Origin: Trichoplax adhaerens
Taxonomy: Eukaryota; Animalia; Placozoa
Direction of reading: 5' to 3'
DNA length: 64,000 nucleotides
Assembly: GCF_000150275.1 (NCBI RefSeq)
Contig: NW_002060958.1
Coordinates: 1,134,088 to 1,198,087, forward strand
A program made the position numbers and the translations under genes. Every line of letters begins with the position of its first letter. Within the stretch, counting starts at the first letter, position 1. The notes under the pieces are model-generated. The model made no database searches and was not told the DNA's origin. It was given only the letters and a program-made list of their open reading frames with translations. Shown here piece after piece: positions 15,601 to 28,753 of the stretch.

Positions 15601-18270
15601 TCTTGCTATAGATGCAATAATGGAGTTATTATATTTTATATTTTGAAATCACATATATTACTTTATAAATGACATAATTTCACTTGTAAATTGCAGAGGT
15701 CGTATGTCAATTTGCGATTTAGAAGACAAAATTGTCCACCTTTTATCACAGGTTAATCTTAAGTTATGTATATGATTGCTTCAATAAATTGATGATTCAG
15801 CTATAGCACATCATGTAGTTGATAGTTATAAAATTAATTAGGGAAGAAAATAATACTACATATTGTTCGCATATCTACACATTTATAAGCAATTTTGAGG
15901 CTAAATCGCTCTCTTACGATTGTAACATGAGTCTATTTTGTTTATTGATGTTCGTTTCTAGAGATAATTTCTTAATTTGATATTTATAAAAAAATGCCTT
16001 GCTTTCAAATGGACATCACAATACTTAGAGTATGATGATTATCTACTTTCAAATAGTGATTAAGTAGTCTACGGTTTGATCTGCCTGATTTACAAAAGTA
16101 ATCACTACCAGGGAAATTCGATAACATATAATTTATTCCTGGAGTTAATTTTACGATATAAACTAAATGTTAGTGGAGTAAAGTACTTATGAGGCTTATA
16201 TAAAATATCCAACAGAACCGATAAAATATCTATTATTAATTGATATCAATTAGGATATTGTACCAATTATGGTCACTGCTACATGTGGAACCACAGTTTA
16301 TGGTGCATTTGATCCTGTGGATGAAATTGCTAATCTATGTCAACGATATGATATATGGTTTCATGTCGATGCTTCTTGGGGTGGTGCTGCACTATTTTCT
16401 GATCGGAAGCGACATCTTATGAAAGGTGTACATCGAGCTGATTCTGTGACTTGGAATGCACATAAATTTATGGGATGTCCATTTCTATGCTCCGTACTTT
16501 TAACTAAAACTAAGGTAATTCAGGAACTCTGAATTATTTTACCGTGATTCACCGCATTAAGATAGAGATATTTTAGAGAACCATTATTTTAATATTATCA
16601 AGACTGTAGTTATGATAATATCATATGCAGTTTATACTATCACAGATATGTTCGTAATGTAGAAACTATCATACGCATTTTTAATTTACCCAATCATAAA
16701 ATAATAACTCTTGTAGCTTTATAATTTTGACTGTTAATTGCCTAATAAGGCTTTATAGTTTTGTAGTGCTTAACATAGCCATGAAGCTAACAAATCATTT
16801 AACCTGTTCCTTTTAACTGTTCATCTGAGAGTAAAGCTGTAATTATATTTGCCCTAATATTACAAATAAATGTTAAAAATTTAAATTCTCTTATTAGGAA
16901 ATATAACCATGCTAAATTTGTAACCTGTCTTCTGAAATTTAAAAGAATTCCAAAATTTTACATAAATCTAGTTCACGCTATCCAGCCAATATTCAAATAT
17001 AATCATATGCAGATTCACAGTTTTTTTCCCATATAAACAGCACCTATATTATTGATGCTATTCTTACCAAAAGATGCAAATAGAAAAGTAGATAATTTAC
17101 TTTATTTAATGAAGCAAATTTATAAGATTATACAGATGAATCAAAGTTAACGGAAATAAAACTGATTAATTGCTTGACTATTTCTATAGGGGATTTTGCA
17201 CGAATGTAATGAAATTGTGGCACCTTATTTATTCCAACAAGATAAGATGACTTATGATGTATCTTATGACACAGGAAATAAAACCATTCAATGTAGTCGC
17301 CGAATCGATATTATGAAACTATGGCTGATGTGGAAAGCAAAGGTTGAAAGGAATTTACATTACAATCGATAGGATAATAATAATTCAGATCTTAGATTCA
17401 ATTTGCAGCAGCTTTTAATCGAGCTAAAGTTGATCATGCCTTACTGAAAGATTTCGATATATAACAATTAGGGAGACGAGGGATTTACTAAGAAAGTCAA
17501 TCATGCTTGCGAGCTTGCCAAGTAGGGGAATAAAATTGATCTTTTACTAGAAATTTTTCTATAATTTGAAATGTTATATCAATAATATCGCACTTTAAAT
17601 ATAATATTAAGCTATCTACGATTACAAGAGCTATTTTCATCTATTTTTCTAGTTACTTAATCGAGAAAATTCGAAATCGCGAAGGTTTTAAATTAGTTCA
17701 TCAAGTAAGCGGTTCTGTTATTTGTGCTTGGACTAGAAGATTGACAATCGAGCTCTTATTGCATGTCTGTTTATAAATAAGGTATTTTTCTTTTCTTAAT
17801 TAGCCCATGTACCTTAATGTTTGCTTCTGGTATATTCCCAAAGCTTTACGAGATATGGCAGACGACGAAATAAAGCGAGCAAAATTAAGCAAAGTAAGAT
17901 GATAGCTAATCGCTATAATTCGTCTTCTGATATGCTTCACGTAACTGTATTTCCATGTGTTGACATGTGAATGGTCTTATATCATGCTCTAAGTAATTTG
18001 GAGGGTGTTGCTTTTTTCAAAGATATCTCGATTTATTCAGGACATTTTTCAAAAAGATTTTCTTGTATCCGTACTTTCTTAATACAACAGGTAGCACCAC
18101 AAATTAAAGCTGGAATGACCAAAAGAGGATCAATGATGGTGGGTTTTCAACCAGTAGATGATAAAGTAAACTTTTTTCGTATGATTTTAATAAATTATAA
18201 TACGACGCTTGAAGACATGGACTTTATTCTCGATGAAATTGAGACACTAGGAGAAGCTGTTAAGGTTTAA
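12669..18270 (+). CDS. PLP-dependent acidic amino-acid decarboxylase, paralogue 2, 14 exons, ~508 aa
   Basis: Exons: 12669-12726, 14229-14462, 14614-14704, 14858-14964, 15174-15219, 15315-15384, 15479-15558, 15697-15751, 16254-16514, 17190-17342, 17472-17521, 17653-17704, 17804-17893, 18091-18270. The first 13 exons match paralogue 1 in size and phase. Motifs: [34 protein letters not shown]. Confidence 0.95.
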
Positions 18271-19679
18271 ATTTACAGATCTGATTATTACTTAATGAAG
18301 ACTTAAATGATTTAATCATAAAATCTAATAATTTAATTTACTAGGCTTTATTGCTATCAGTTGGATTATAGTTTTTACTATTAAACTTCAGTATTTTAAT
18401 CGAAGTTTTAAGTTTTGCTATCTGATCTGATCATTGGATAGTATGCACATTATTTATTTTGTGCTGTATTACAAAAATATTTTTTCTATAATATGCAAAC
18501 TCTACACATAGAACCTCTAGCAATGAGTTGAAGAAATTAAGGAATGATTATTTGCTAAAAAAGAATTTATTATAGTTTCTTTCACATCCACAATTAATGA
18601 GTGGTTACGTTACTAGCTATTAATTACAATTTCTTAATTCTCTTATACCAATCTACCTCAACATTACTATAATAATGTAGAGATATCTGCATAGCATTAT
18701 ATTGGAGCACAACTTTATTGAATTAGTTCAGCATGGAAAAACCATTTAACTCACAGTTGTACGTTGAATAAAACATCTTATATGCACGTTATATATAAGC
18801 AAACATTAACCTATATAGATTATAATAAATTTATTCACAAGAAACAGCTACCAATAGAGTAGTTATTGTGCTTGTAAGATGAAATTTGGAACTATTTTGA
18901 TAAGTAAATCTATACAGGTATCATGTTTGTAAGGAAGATTTTGGAAGCTGCTTGAAAATTAAATCTATAGAAATCTGTAGAGTGAATGTGCTAGTACTAA
19001 AAGAAAATTTAAATTTACTTTGTGGTAAATCGACGTTAGATAGCAGGAAAAAATGTAGAGAAGGGCGTATCACCCTGTAAGCTTGTCAAATTGCTATGTT
19101 CTTAAATTTTGAAGCCTATTAGTTTACTGATGCCCTGATATAATTGTCTCTGTACAAGTAATTATTTCATACTGTAATACGAATAGGATGAGGGCTCCAT
19201 TTCATCATAGCAGCCAGATTTGTAATTACTTCATTACGTTAAACCGATTTTTTAATATGATACTTTAAGCTAGGTTTTTTTAATAAATACCACTCGTGAT
19301 TTAGATTGAGAAGAGCTGAACGATTTACAGTAAAGAATATAGAAACATCAAAAGAAAATTAAATATAAAATGGCTTTTCAAACTTCTCTATATTCTTCTC
19401 TTCATGTCAGTCCAACTCTCTTCAATATTACTTTCAAAAGTACATAACTACTCTAACTTATAAAATTTCTACATTCATAATAATGTACACGTGTATAATC
19501 TTAAGTAGTGCAAACTATAACATTTTAGCCATCTCATCCTGTCATATATGAGCTATTTTTGCTACATTTAGTGTAGATGAAAGATGGTAGCGGTACTAGC
19601 TTGTAGGATGGGATGTAATTAGATGAATCGAAACTATAATCATAAAATTTATATTGTCGGCAGTTATCAGTCTAGAAGG

Positions 19680-20510
19680 ATTCAATCAGTCATGCCCTTG
19701 TGAGTTTATTGCTTTAACTGTAGGCTTGATCAACAGTGGTGTATCCTGTGTTTGTTTTTGGAAGAAATTGGTTTTTAGATGGACTGAATCCTTATTTCTT
19801 TACTGAACTAGCCGCTTTAACTGTGGGCTTGACCGCTAGAGATAGATAGGTCAGATAATTGCTTTGGGAAGAGATTTTTTTTAGGAGCACTGAATCAATA
19901 ATCCACTATAGAATTAATTCTTTTACCGTAGCCCAGAGTATTATGGATGGAATGCATAATTGTTTTTAGGAAGACATTGAACTGTAAAAGAACTAAGTCA
20001 GTAATTATCCAGAGAATTTGTAGCTTTAATCGAAAGCTTGGCAGATGTGGATGCATTGCATAATTGCATTTTGGGGAAAGATCGATTTGTTGAAGGACTG
20101 AATTGGTTATTCTCTGAAGAATGAGCTACTTTTGTCGCAGAGTTGACCGCAAATGATAGATCCCAACATTACCTAAAGAAATTGATTATAACAGGACTAT
20201 ATCGGTATTCCACTGGTGAATTAGTTGCTTTTCTCGTAGACTTGACTGCAGCAGATAGATCGCATAATTGCTTTTGGGAAGAGATTGATTTGTGGAAGGA
20301 CTGAGTTGGTTTTCTTGTGAAGAATGAGCTGCTTTTATCATAGATCACTACAGATAAATTGTATCACTGTCTATGGGAAGAGATTGATTTGTAGAAGGAT
20401 TAGATTATTTATCCTCTTAAGAATGATATATTTTTATGACAGATCACTGCAGATATAGTGTATCATTATCTATGGGAAGAAATAGGTTTGTAATGGGCAG
20501 AATCAATACC
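19680..20510. repeat. Degenerate ~102-105-bp tandem array, about 8 units
   Basis: Recurring GCTTT...CTTGA...ATAATTGCTTTTGGGAAGAGATTGATTTGT.GAAGGACTGA blocks near 19711, 19814, 19920, 20022, 20126, 20227, 20330 and 20430. Confidence 0.8.
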
Positions 20511-21176
20511 GGTAGTTCTCTTGAAATTAGCTGCTATTTAATTAGGTTTAACGGTTGCGAAGTTATTATATACTGATGATTCGTCTTTGGATTATGAATG
20601 AAAAAGTTGTTTTACTATCCAATTCAAGACTATCCTTCATTATCCCAATCGCACAAAAGAATTTCTGGCTTATAAAAGATAAAATATGGAGAAAATTTTG
20701 CATAATAATGCGCGTGGATTATTTGTGAAGTATTTATTCTCGAATAAATAAACCGTAGACAATTCCGCTGTCAGCTGAATAGCTGGCTTCAATGCGACTA
20801 GCATAGGTTAGTAAAATATAGTTTGAAGCATTGATGTGTTTACATTAGCATAAATTATAACTATAAATAATGAGGAAAAAGGATGCATAAGTGCGTTAAT
20901 GAGGCGCCGAAAATATTGTTTTGAGTAGCTTGCAATTCTAAAAATCAGATGTCATTACCGATAATAAATACAGTTCGAAGAAGTTTCTGTAACGTCCATA
21001 TGGTAACGCCTTATTGGCAATAATTTAACTAAGTTATCACTTTATGATTGGTTTAAGCCAAATAAACCATATTTCGACTTGTAAAAGTATAGACTGGCTT
21101 AGTGTGGTTTTTTGTCCAGCCAATTTAGATTTATAACATCAGCTTAGTAGAACACTGGTTATAACAAGTTGGAGTT

Positions 21177-24100
21177 ATGGACACTTCCTTCAATGAATTG
21201 ATGGATTCTAAATTTCAAAACTTGTATGATGATGGTAAGTCAATATTCAGTTTGAATATGATTCATGAAACGGGATTAAACAGCTAATTAGTAAATTATA
21301 ATTGATGTAAAAATGATAAACTAGACTTTATGTACGTCAACATGTTGTACAGTAATTGAAGATTTGAAACATCGAATGGCATCATTCACTAAGGATCAGA
21401 CTCATTTATCTTACGATTTGGTAACTAATCGTAGAACAAGATTTTTCAATCAATTCCATTAAATTGGAATAATGATCGAGTACCAGCATGGCCATAAGCG
21501 GTTAATAATCTATGTCTTTGTTTCAAATTGAGCAAATACATGATTCGTTAATCTGATTACCCTCCTGCAGAATTTATTGCAATGGAAGTTCATCATCAGT
21601 TAGTCAAAGCACCGTAAAATCAGAAACTTACCATAAGATACTGTTGCAAATCTAAGCTTGTAATGCCAGAAAATTGTACTATTACAAGAAAATAAATCCA
21701 TCAGTCTACTATTAGATCTGTCTTCTAATGTCTACCTATAGTACAACTCTAAATACTGACCATCTTCTATCGTTGAGAGGAATAGTAACTCCACTAGTAT
21801 CACTTAGATAAAACTGAAGCTAGACTTTATTGAAAAGTTAGTCAATTCATAGTAAATCGACATAAATATTAATCATCAGTTAATAGATAGAATAATACAA
21901 CTGTGCAGTTATCTGTTAAAATTGGTAAAACAGAGATGTATCAATATCAACATATTTCTAGATAGTTATCTCAACATTCATATACAAATCAAAGTGCTGG
22001 ATATATCATCGATTAGTAACATGAAAATGTAAGGACTTCAGCCTTACCGAATCTTTGTCTTGTTTAGAAAGCAAAATTTGTAGTAGGGCTGCCAGTACCA
22101 TAATCTGTCTGTGGCAGTAGTAAATTCACGATATCTGAATACTATTAGCCGTGAAAGTAAATAAAAAGAAATTTTTTCATAGGTTGATAGGCTTTCCGAT
22201 CTTATAGTCCAAACAATGAAATTTACTAAAGCAGCAGTGACTCGATTAACGTTATAAATACGTAGTTTGCAATGATAAATAGTTCTAAATACTTGGCAAG
22301 TTACCAATGTAAAATGTTTACGGAGAAATTTTTGGTAGACTTTTAAGACTTTCATATTTATAGGTCAAAAGTCAAAAACTTTAGTGTAGATTAAAGTTGT
22401 AAAAGCGCTTCTTCGAACAACATGATTTGGTCATAGACTGCATTATATATTATGGCGTCACAAATGTTTCACCAATTTTTAAAAATTCAATAGTTCTTGT
22501 TATTCTACGCTAGTGACATCTAGTCAGGAAAGAATTTCATAAATAACCCAAACTACTTCCATAAAATGTCTTTCTACCTTGATAGCTTACGGTAGTTACC
22601 TATTGAACAATTTTATAGCAATCTTGCACAAGATAAATAACATATTAACAAATTAATACTATCATTGTTTCAATCTCAGTTCCAATCATTTGCTGAGAGT
22701 ATTTTTTCTCCATTACAGAGATTCAAAAAAATTTCAATCAAAATCCTTATCTCGAAGATTTTGTACATGCTATGGTAAACATCATAATCAAGTATATGAA
22801 AAATTGCCATGATCGGAGTCAGAAAGTGATAGAATTCAAGGAGCCTCATGAATTAAATGAACTAATTAACTTTGATTTGGAAGAAAAACCCGAAAATTTA
22901 GCAGCTTTAATGGGATACTGTCGTCAAACACTACAATACTGTGCAAAAACGGGTAGAATAATTTTGATATTCCGTAATTTGTATCGGTATATCTTCTTAA
23001 CTTCAATACTATAGGTTGTATTAGAATAGAAAATTTCATTTATACTGCGTACATTAATATATCTAGTTTAATTGTTTAATTAAATGTGAAAGACAGTTAT
23101 TTTCACTGGTAGGCCATTCACGATTTTACAACCAACTCTATAGTGGTATGGATGTTGTTAGTATTTGTGGCGAGTGGTTAGCAACCGCAACCAGCACAAA
23201 TATGTAAGAACTAGTCTCATCATCTGAAATAGGATAATTCTTTAGCGATATAATCAACTACTAAAAGCGACAATAGAATGAATTGCGATTAAGTTATAAA
23301 GATCATTAAATAAATTTAAAGTGATCTATATGTAATGTAAGTTACTTGCTCGATTTATGCAGGGCAACTTATGAAATTGCTCCCGTTTTTCTATTAATGG
23401 AAGATGCTGTCTTGAAGCGTATGCGAAAACTAATCGGTTTCCATGACGGAGATGGTGTTTTTGCTCCAGGTAGCGATCTAAATAAATATTATATTCTAGA
23501 ATGAATGCATTGAATACTTGCAAATTAGTATAATCAAATTCATTCTATGCAAAGAACAACTATATTGATTACATTACGGCAATATGTATGGCAGAAATTT
23601 TACTTATACATGCAATAAAAAATAATATCTAACAGATATGAGTAATAACAATGTTACCAATGCAAAGTTTGCTATATGCATTGCACTAGTATAAAATTTA
23701 CTGTTTTTACCTTCTTAGGTGGATCATTGTCCAATATGTTTGCCATTAGCCTTGCAAGATATCGGTATGTGGAGGGATTTGGATAAATACTGCCATCATG
23801 CTATAGATACTTGAATGAATATTATTAATTTTTACTAAGGATTATTTACTATTACTTTATTCAATTTGAATTGAAGTAAATTTCCAGAATCGAAGTCAAA
23901 AGGACTTTATTCATTGCCTAGGATGGCAGTCTTGACATCTAATCATGTATGCTAGAGTCTCGTAATATTCATTAGTACTGATTTAGTATCGCATTGTCCA
24001 TTGTCAGCTAACTTTTAGCTTCATTTGCCGGATTCGTTATCCTTTTTTAGAGTCATTATTCGTTTCAAAAAGGAGTTAATTTTATGGGCTTGGGACAGGA

Positions 24101-27100
24101 TAATGTCTTTCGAGTAAATTGTGATTCAGAGTAAGTTTGAATATCTTACTTAAATCGACTATCTCAATCCATCTGAATGTAAATCCTCAATTTATATTTT
24201 ATTTTCTATATTTAAAATTGTACGGTATTTTTATCACATTTTAAATACATGTTGTAATTCTACTCATATTTTGTAGAGGCCGGATGTCTATTTCTGATTT
24301 AGAAAATAAAATTAAAGGCCTTTTATCACAGGTAAGTCTTAATTGATGTGATCACATAATTAGACTGGCGATATAATTATAGTATATGAGACAAGAAATA
24401 ATAAAAAATCATGGGCACAATCACTGTAACTTATAGCTGGCATGTCTAGTCATTTAAATGTGCCTAATTTACAGTCAAGTTTATAGCTTTCCGATATGTT
24501 AGTAAGTGGATTTATGAGTATGGTTTTCCTAGTTGTATTGAATGAAAAGGAAATTGACAATCAATGAAGAGGTAGATTGTTTCATATTGCTTCCACAAAG
24601 ATGGCATCTGAGTATAATTATTGTTTACGAGTATTTTAAATAGTGCCAAAGCAGTCCATGACTTGCAAAGAAAGTGATGTGATTGGATTCGGTTATTTAT
24701 AACTTTATTGCAGAAACATATTCTTCAATATATGCTTTGCACTCACTTACGATTAATATTTACTAATAATGATTATACAATATAATATATGGTTGTTTTA
24801 TATAGATGGTATCCGTCTATAGCTATTATTTACGAGTCTTTAAAATAGCGCTAAAGTAGTCTATGGTTCACAGTGTAACTGATACAATCGGATTCTGTTG
24901 GTTATATTTTATTGCAGAAACTTATTCTAGGATATATGTTTTACACTCACTCGAAGTTACTGTTGTGTATTGCTATCTAGAATTAATACATGGAATCGTT
25001 TTGAAAGTTCATATTACTTCCAACCAGCGTGAGAGACAGTAAATTGAACAAGTAGTTAAAGTTATTTAAAGCTAACTATGTACTCCTACTCTCCCTTTAT
25101 TGATTGAAAAATGGCAATATATATGCGCGCAGCGTTCACACTTACAATGCAATGTAATTGCAAGTTTAAAAAAAAGTAAATTAATTAATATACATATACA
25201 ACCCTTAATGAACACTTAAAATTAAAAAGCGTAAAACATAGATTTGTAAAATGCTATAAATAATCATAACCAATCACAAAATTCAGGTCATGTCGAATTA
25301 ACGCAAACCACATAGCAAGAATTTTCAATTAACTGTAGATATTACGAACGATAGCTAATACTATATATGGTAATAGATCGAACTAATGCATGCCCTACTA
25401 GCTACAAGTACAACATAATATATTGTAGTTACTATTTATCAATAACGATTATATAGTATTATAGATGGAAGAATACATAAAAAAAATTTATTGTACGATA
25501 TCAATTAGGATATCATACCGATTATGGTCAATGCTACATGTGGTACTACAGTTTATGGTGCATTTGATTCTTTGGAGGAAATTGCTGATCTATGCCAAAA
25601 ATATGATATATGGTTTCATATTGATGCTTCTTGGGGTGGCGTTGTTCTATTTTCAGATAGAAAGCGATATCTGATGAAGGGTGTTCATCAAGCAGATTCT
25701 ATAACTTGGAATGCACATAAGTTTATGGGATGTCCATTTCAGTGCTCTGCATTTTTAACTAGGGAAAAGGTAGGTCAGAATAGCTTTATTATAATTATTT
25801 CCTTTATATAGCTATTATAATTATTATGAGATTGATTCTAATGTTTAAAAGTGGTTAAAATGAAGAAATGCATTATTTAATAATGCTAAATAAAACGAAT
25901 ATATAAAGCTGTAGATGTGGACTAAAATTAAAGGAAATTGACTAATTGCTTGGCCATTTTAACAGGGAAAATTGCAAGAATGTAATGGAGATCCAGTATC
26001 GTACCTTTTTCAACAAGATAAATTGACTTACGATGTATCCTACGATACGGGAAATAAAACCATTCAATGTGGTCGTCGAATTGACGCTATGAAAATATGG
26101 CTAATGTGGAAAGGAAAGGTTTTAAGACTATTTATGTTTAATTTGAATAGGACAACATAATTCAAGATTAGAATATAGTTATAAAAGCTTCTATTTTAAT
26201 TAAAAGTGATCACACTCTTTTGATCTATTTTCGTTTTGAAATAATCAGGGAGATGAAGGTTTTGCTAAGAAACTTCATCACGCTTATGAGCTAACTAAGT
26301 GAGCAAAGAATCAATTATTTAATTAGATGCAGCTATGTATTAAAATAATAATGTTTTCTTAAGAATATTGCAGCTAATTGTTAATATTTAAGTTATCTAC
26401 GATTATAAAGTTACTTTGAATCGATTACTCTAGCTATCTAATAGAGAAAATTCAAAATCGTGAAGGCTTTGAATTAGTTCATCAAGTGAGTAGCTTTCTC
26501 CCTGTACTCAGACTCGAGGTTAAGTCATCAATTAAGAAGCTAACGTTCCATGAACTGTCATTAATGGAATGTTTTTCTTACTATAAATAGCCGACATATG
26601 TAAATGTTTGCTTTTGGTATATTCCTAAAGCCATACGGAATTTACCAGACAACGAAATTAAGAAAACAAAGTTAAGCAAAGTAATAAGATAGAATGATGT
26701 ACCGTATAACTTTAGCTCGCATCTCTCTTGCATGCATTTAATCAAAGTAATACCCATAGGGGCACCTACATATATAGGAACAGAATTATTTTATAGAATA
26801 TAGGATAATATACTCTATATGAAAGTAATTCAATTTTTGTTTACCTTAATCTTTAATGATAATTTTTTAAATATTTAGTGAATTAATATTTACTTTGGGA
26901 TTGTTAATAAAGAATTTATAATTAATTTATACAATAGTTAGCACCTCAAATTAAAGCTGGTATGACTAAAAAGGGATCGATGATGGTGAATTACCAACCA
27001 GTGGATGATAAAGTAAACTTTTTTCGTATGATTTTGATTAATTATGATACAACATTTGAAGATATGGATTTTACTCTTGATGAAATTGAGATGCTAGGAG

Positions 27101-27144
27101 AAGGTGCGATGACTGCAGTTCATCAGAATGAAAATATATCATAA
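21177..27144 (+). CDS. PLP-dependent acidic amino-acid decarboxylase, paralogue 3, 14 exons, ~517 aa
   Basis: Exons: 21177-21234, 22719-22952, 23113-23203, 23363-23469, 23719-23764, 23877-23946, 24051-24130, 24277-24331, 25509-25769, 25966-26118, 26249-26298, 26434-26485, 26591-26680, 26938-27144. Motifs: [34 protein letters not shown]. Confidence 0.95.
24610..24960. repeat. Diverged ~200-bp direct duplication in intron 8 of paralogue 3
   Basis: TTTACGAGT...AAATAG..C.AAAG.AGTC.ATG...GGATTC...TTTATTGCAGAAAC.TATTCT...CACTCACT appears at about 24625-24750 and 24829-24951. Confidence 0.75.
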
Positions 27145-27934
27145 AAATATAATTACTTCTGTCAGCTACGTTTCTATATTGATTAAAATTAATTACTTTC
27201 TGATGAAAATGGACAAGACTTAAATGTACAATTTAGTAGCCTCATGTACTAATCATAATCGATATATTATATTGCTGTAGTCTCCAATATAATGTTTACT
27301 ATTAAATTTTAAAATTTTAATCAAAATTTTTAAATCAATTTAGTCTTAAATAATTCGATTATCATTAGGTGACTTGTTAGTTTCGTAGCCGTAATTGCGT
27401 TCAAAACTGTCTTCTATACTATGTAAATTTTCGCTGCTAATCTACCATTATTTTATAATTAAATACATATGTACTATGGTCGACTATAATGCCAGATGCT
27501 TTTTCCTAAAGAACTCCGCTATCATTAATAGATAAACCCTAATCACCTAACGTAGCAAAATCTAAGCTAACACAGGGATAGAAGACATGCAAAATTAATT
27601 TTACTTCTCCCTTTCTATTAATTTATTTACTTAGACAGCTTTTATATTTGACAAGTAGACCACTAGCATCCAATTCTTAACAATTTTATTCGTAATCATA
27701 GCTCATTACTATTACCGTCTTATCATCTAGTAAATTATTGGTTAGCCTAACACTTCTAATATTTCTTTATATCATGAATGATAATATAAGATATTGTAAT
27801 GCTTTAATACAAGATATCCAATATCATAATATTTTACTTTAACACATAAGTGATCCTATATCAATCTAATTCTAATTTTTTCATCTAGGCAATTAAGGGT
27901 CAGGAAAAGTTACTTTATTTGCTTGATAATAATC

Positions 27935-28554
27935 TGTAACGAATGTAATCTTCCTGACGTATACTTTATGTCTATGTTACGTTCTATATATGTTTATATC
28001 TAAGAAATATTTTACGGTTTCCTTAATTGTAATTCTCGTGCTTAACAGTTGATATCCTTAATTTAAGATTATGTAGACTAAAATAGTAATTGCCAACCAG
28101 CTAAACTGGATTATATCTATCACCTCCAAGTTGTTAAGGTTCAAAGTACAATTCTTAAGTTTAGAGGAAATGCCTTAGTAGGATAGCTTTATATGTATCT
28201 GTTAAACTATTAATAAGCATTGATTATTTTAATATTGTTACAGTAAATTTAAAAGGATTGGACGGTAGCTAATCTTTACAGATAGAATCTCTTCAGGGCA
28301 TTAATTTGGTTAATTTCTAATAGACGAGGTGACTTGTGTAGCTAAACCGGCTTTAGGTCCGAAACCTATATAAACGGCGAGTTCGCCGACAATAAATTAG
28401 ATTATGATTTTCTAGTAGGCTTGAAGGTCTCCCTATGTTAAATCCTATCTGCCTTGGAATACCAATTGGCTGGTAACCCAAATAACACTAGTAAAGGGTA
28501 GAAATCACTCTCTCTATCCTTGTTGCAAGTTAGGGCTATTCCTAGCTCGTAACA
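27935..28554 (+). mobile_element. Solo-LTR-like element, 620 bp
   Basis: TGTAACG...CGTAACA termini; 5-bp TSD TAATC (27930-27934 and 28555-28559); TATATAAA at 28367 followed by AATAAA at 28391. Confidence 0.85.
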
Positions 28555-28753
28555 TAATCTCATAGCCTAATAAAGGCTACTTCTAAACCATACAGGCCTT
28601 GCGCTAAATTACTGCAAGTAAAGAGTAAAAGAAACGAATATTACCAGTTAAAATGTTATTGTATCTTCATAATGTTGGAGTATTAGATAGCCATTGTATT
28701 GAAAAATGAGAATCGGAACTGCTTCATCAATAAATCTTTATTATATCTATATA

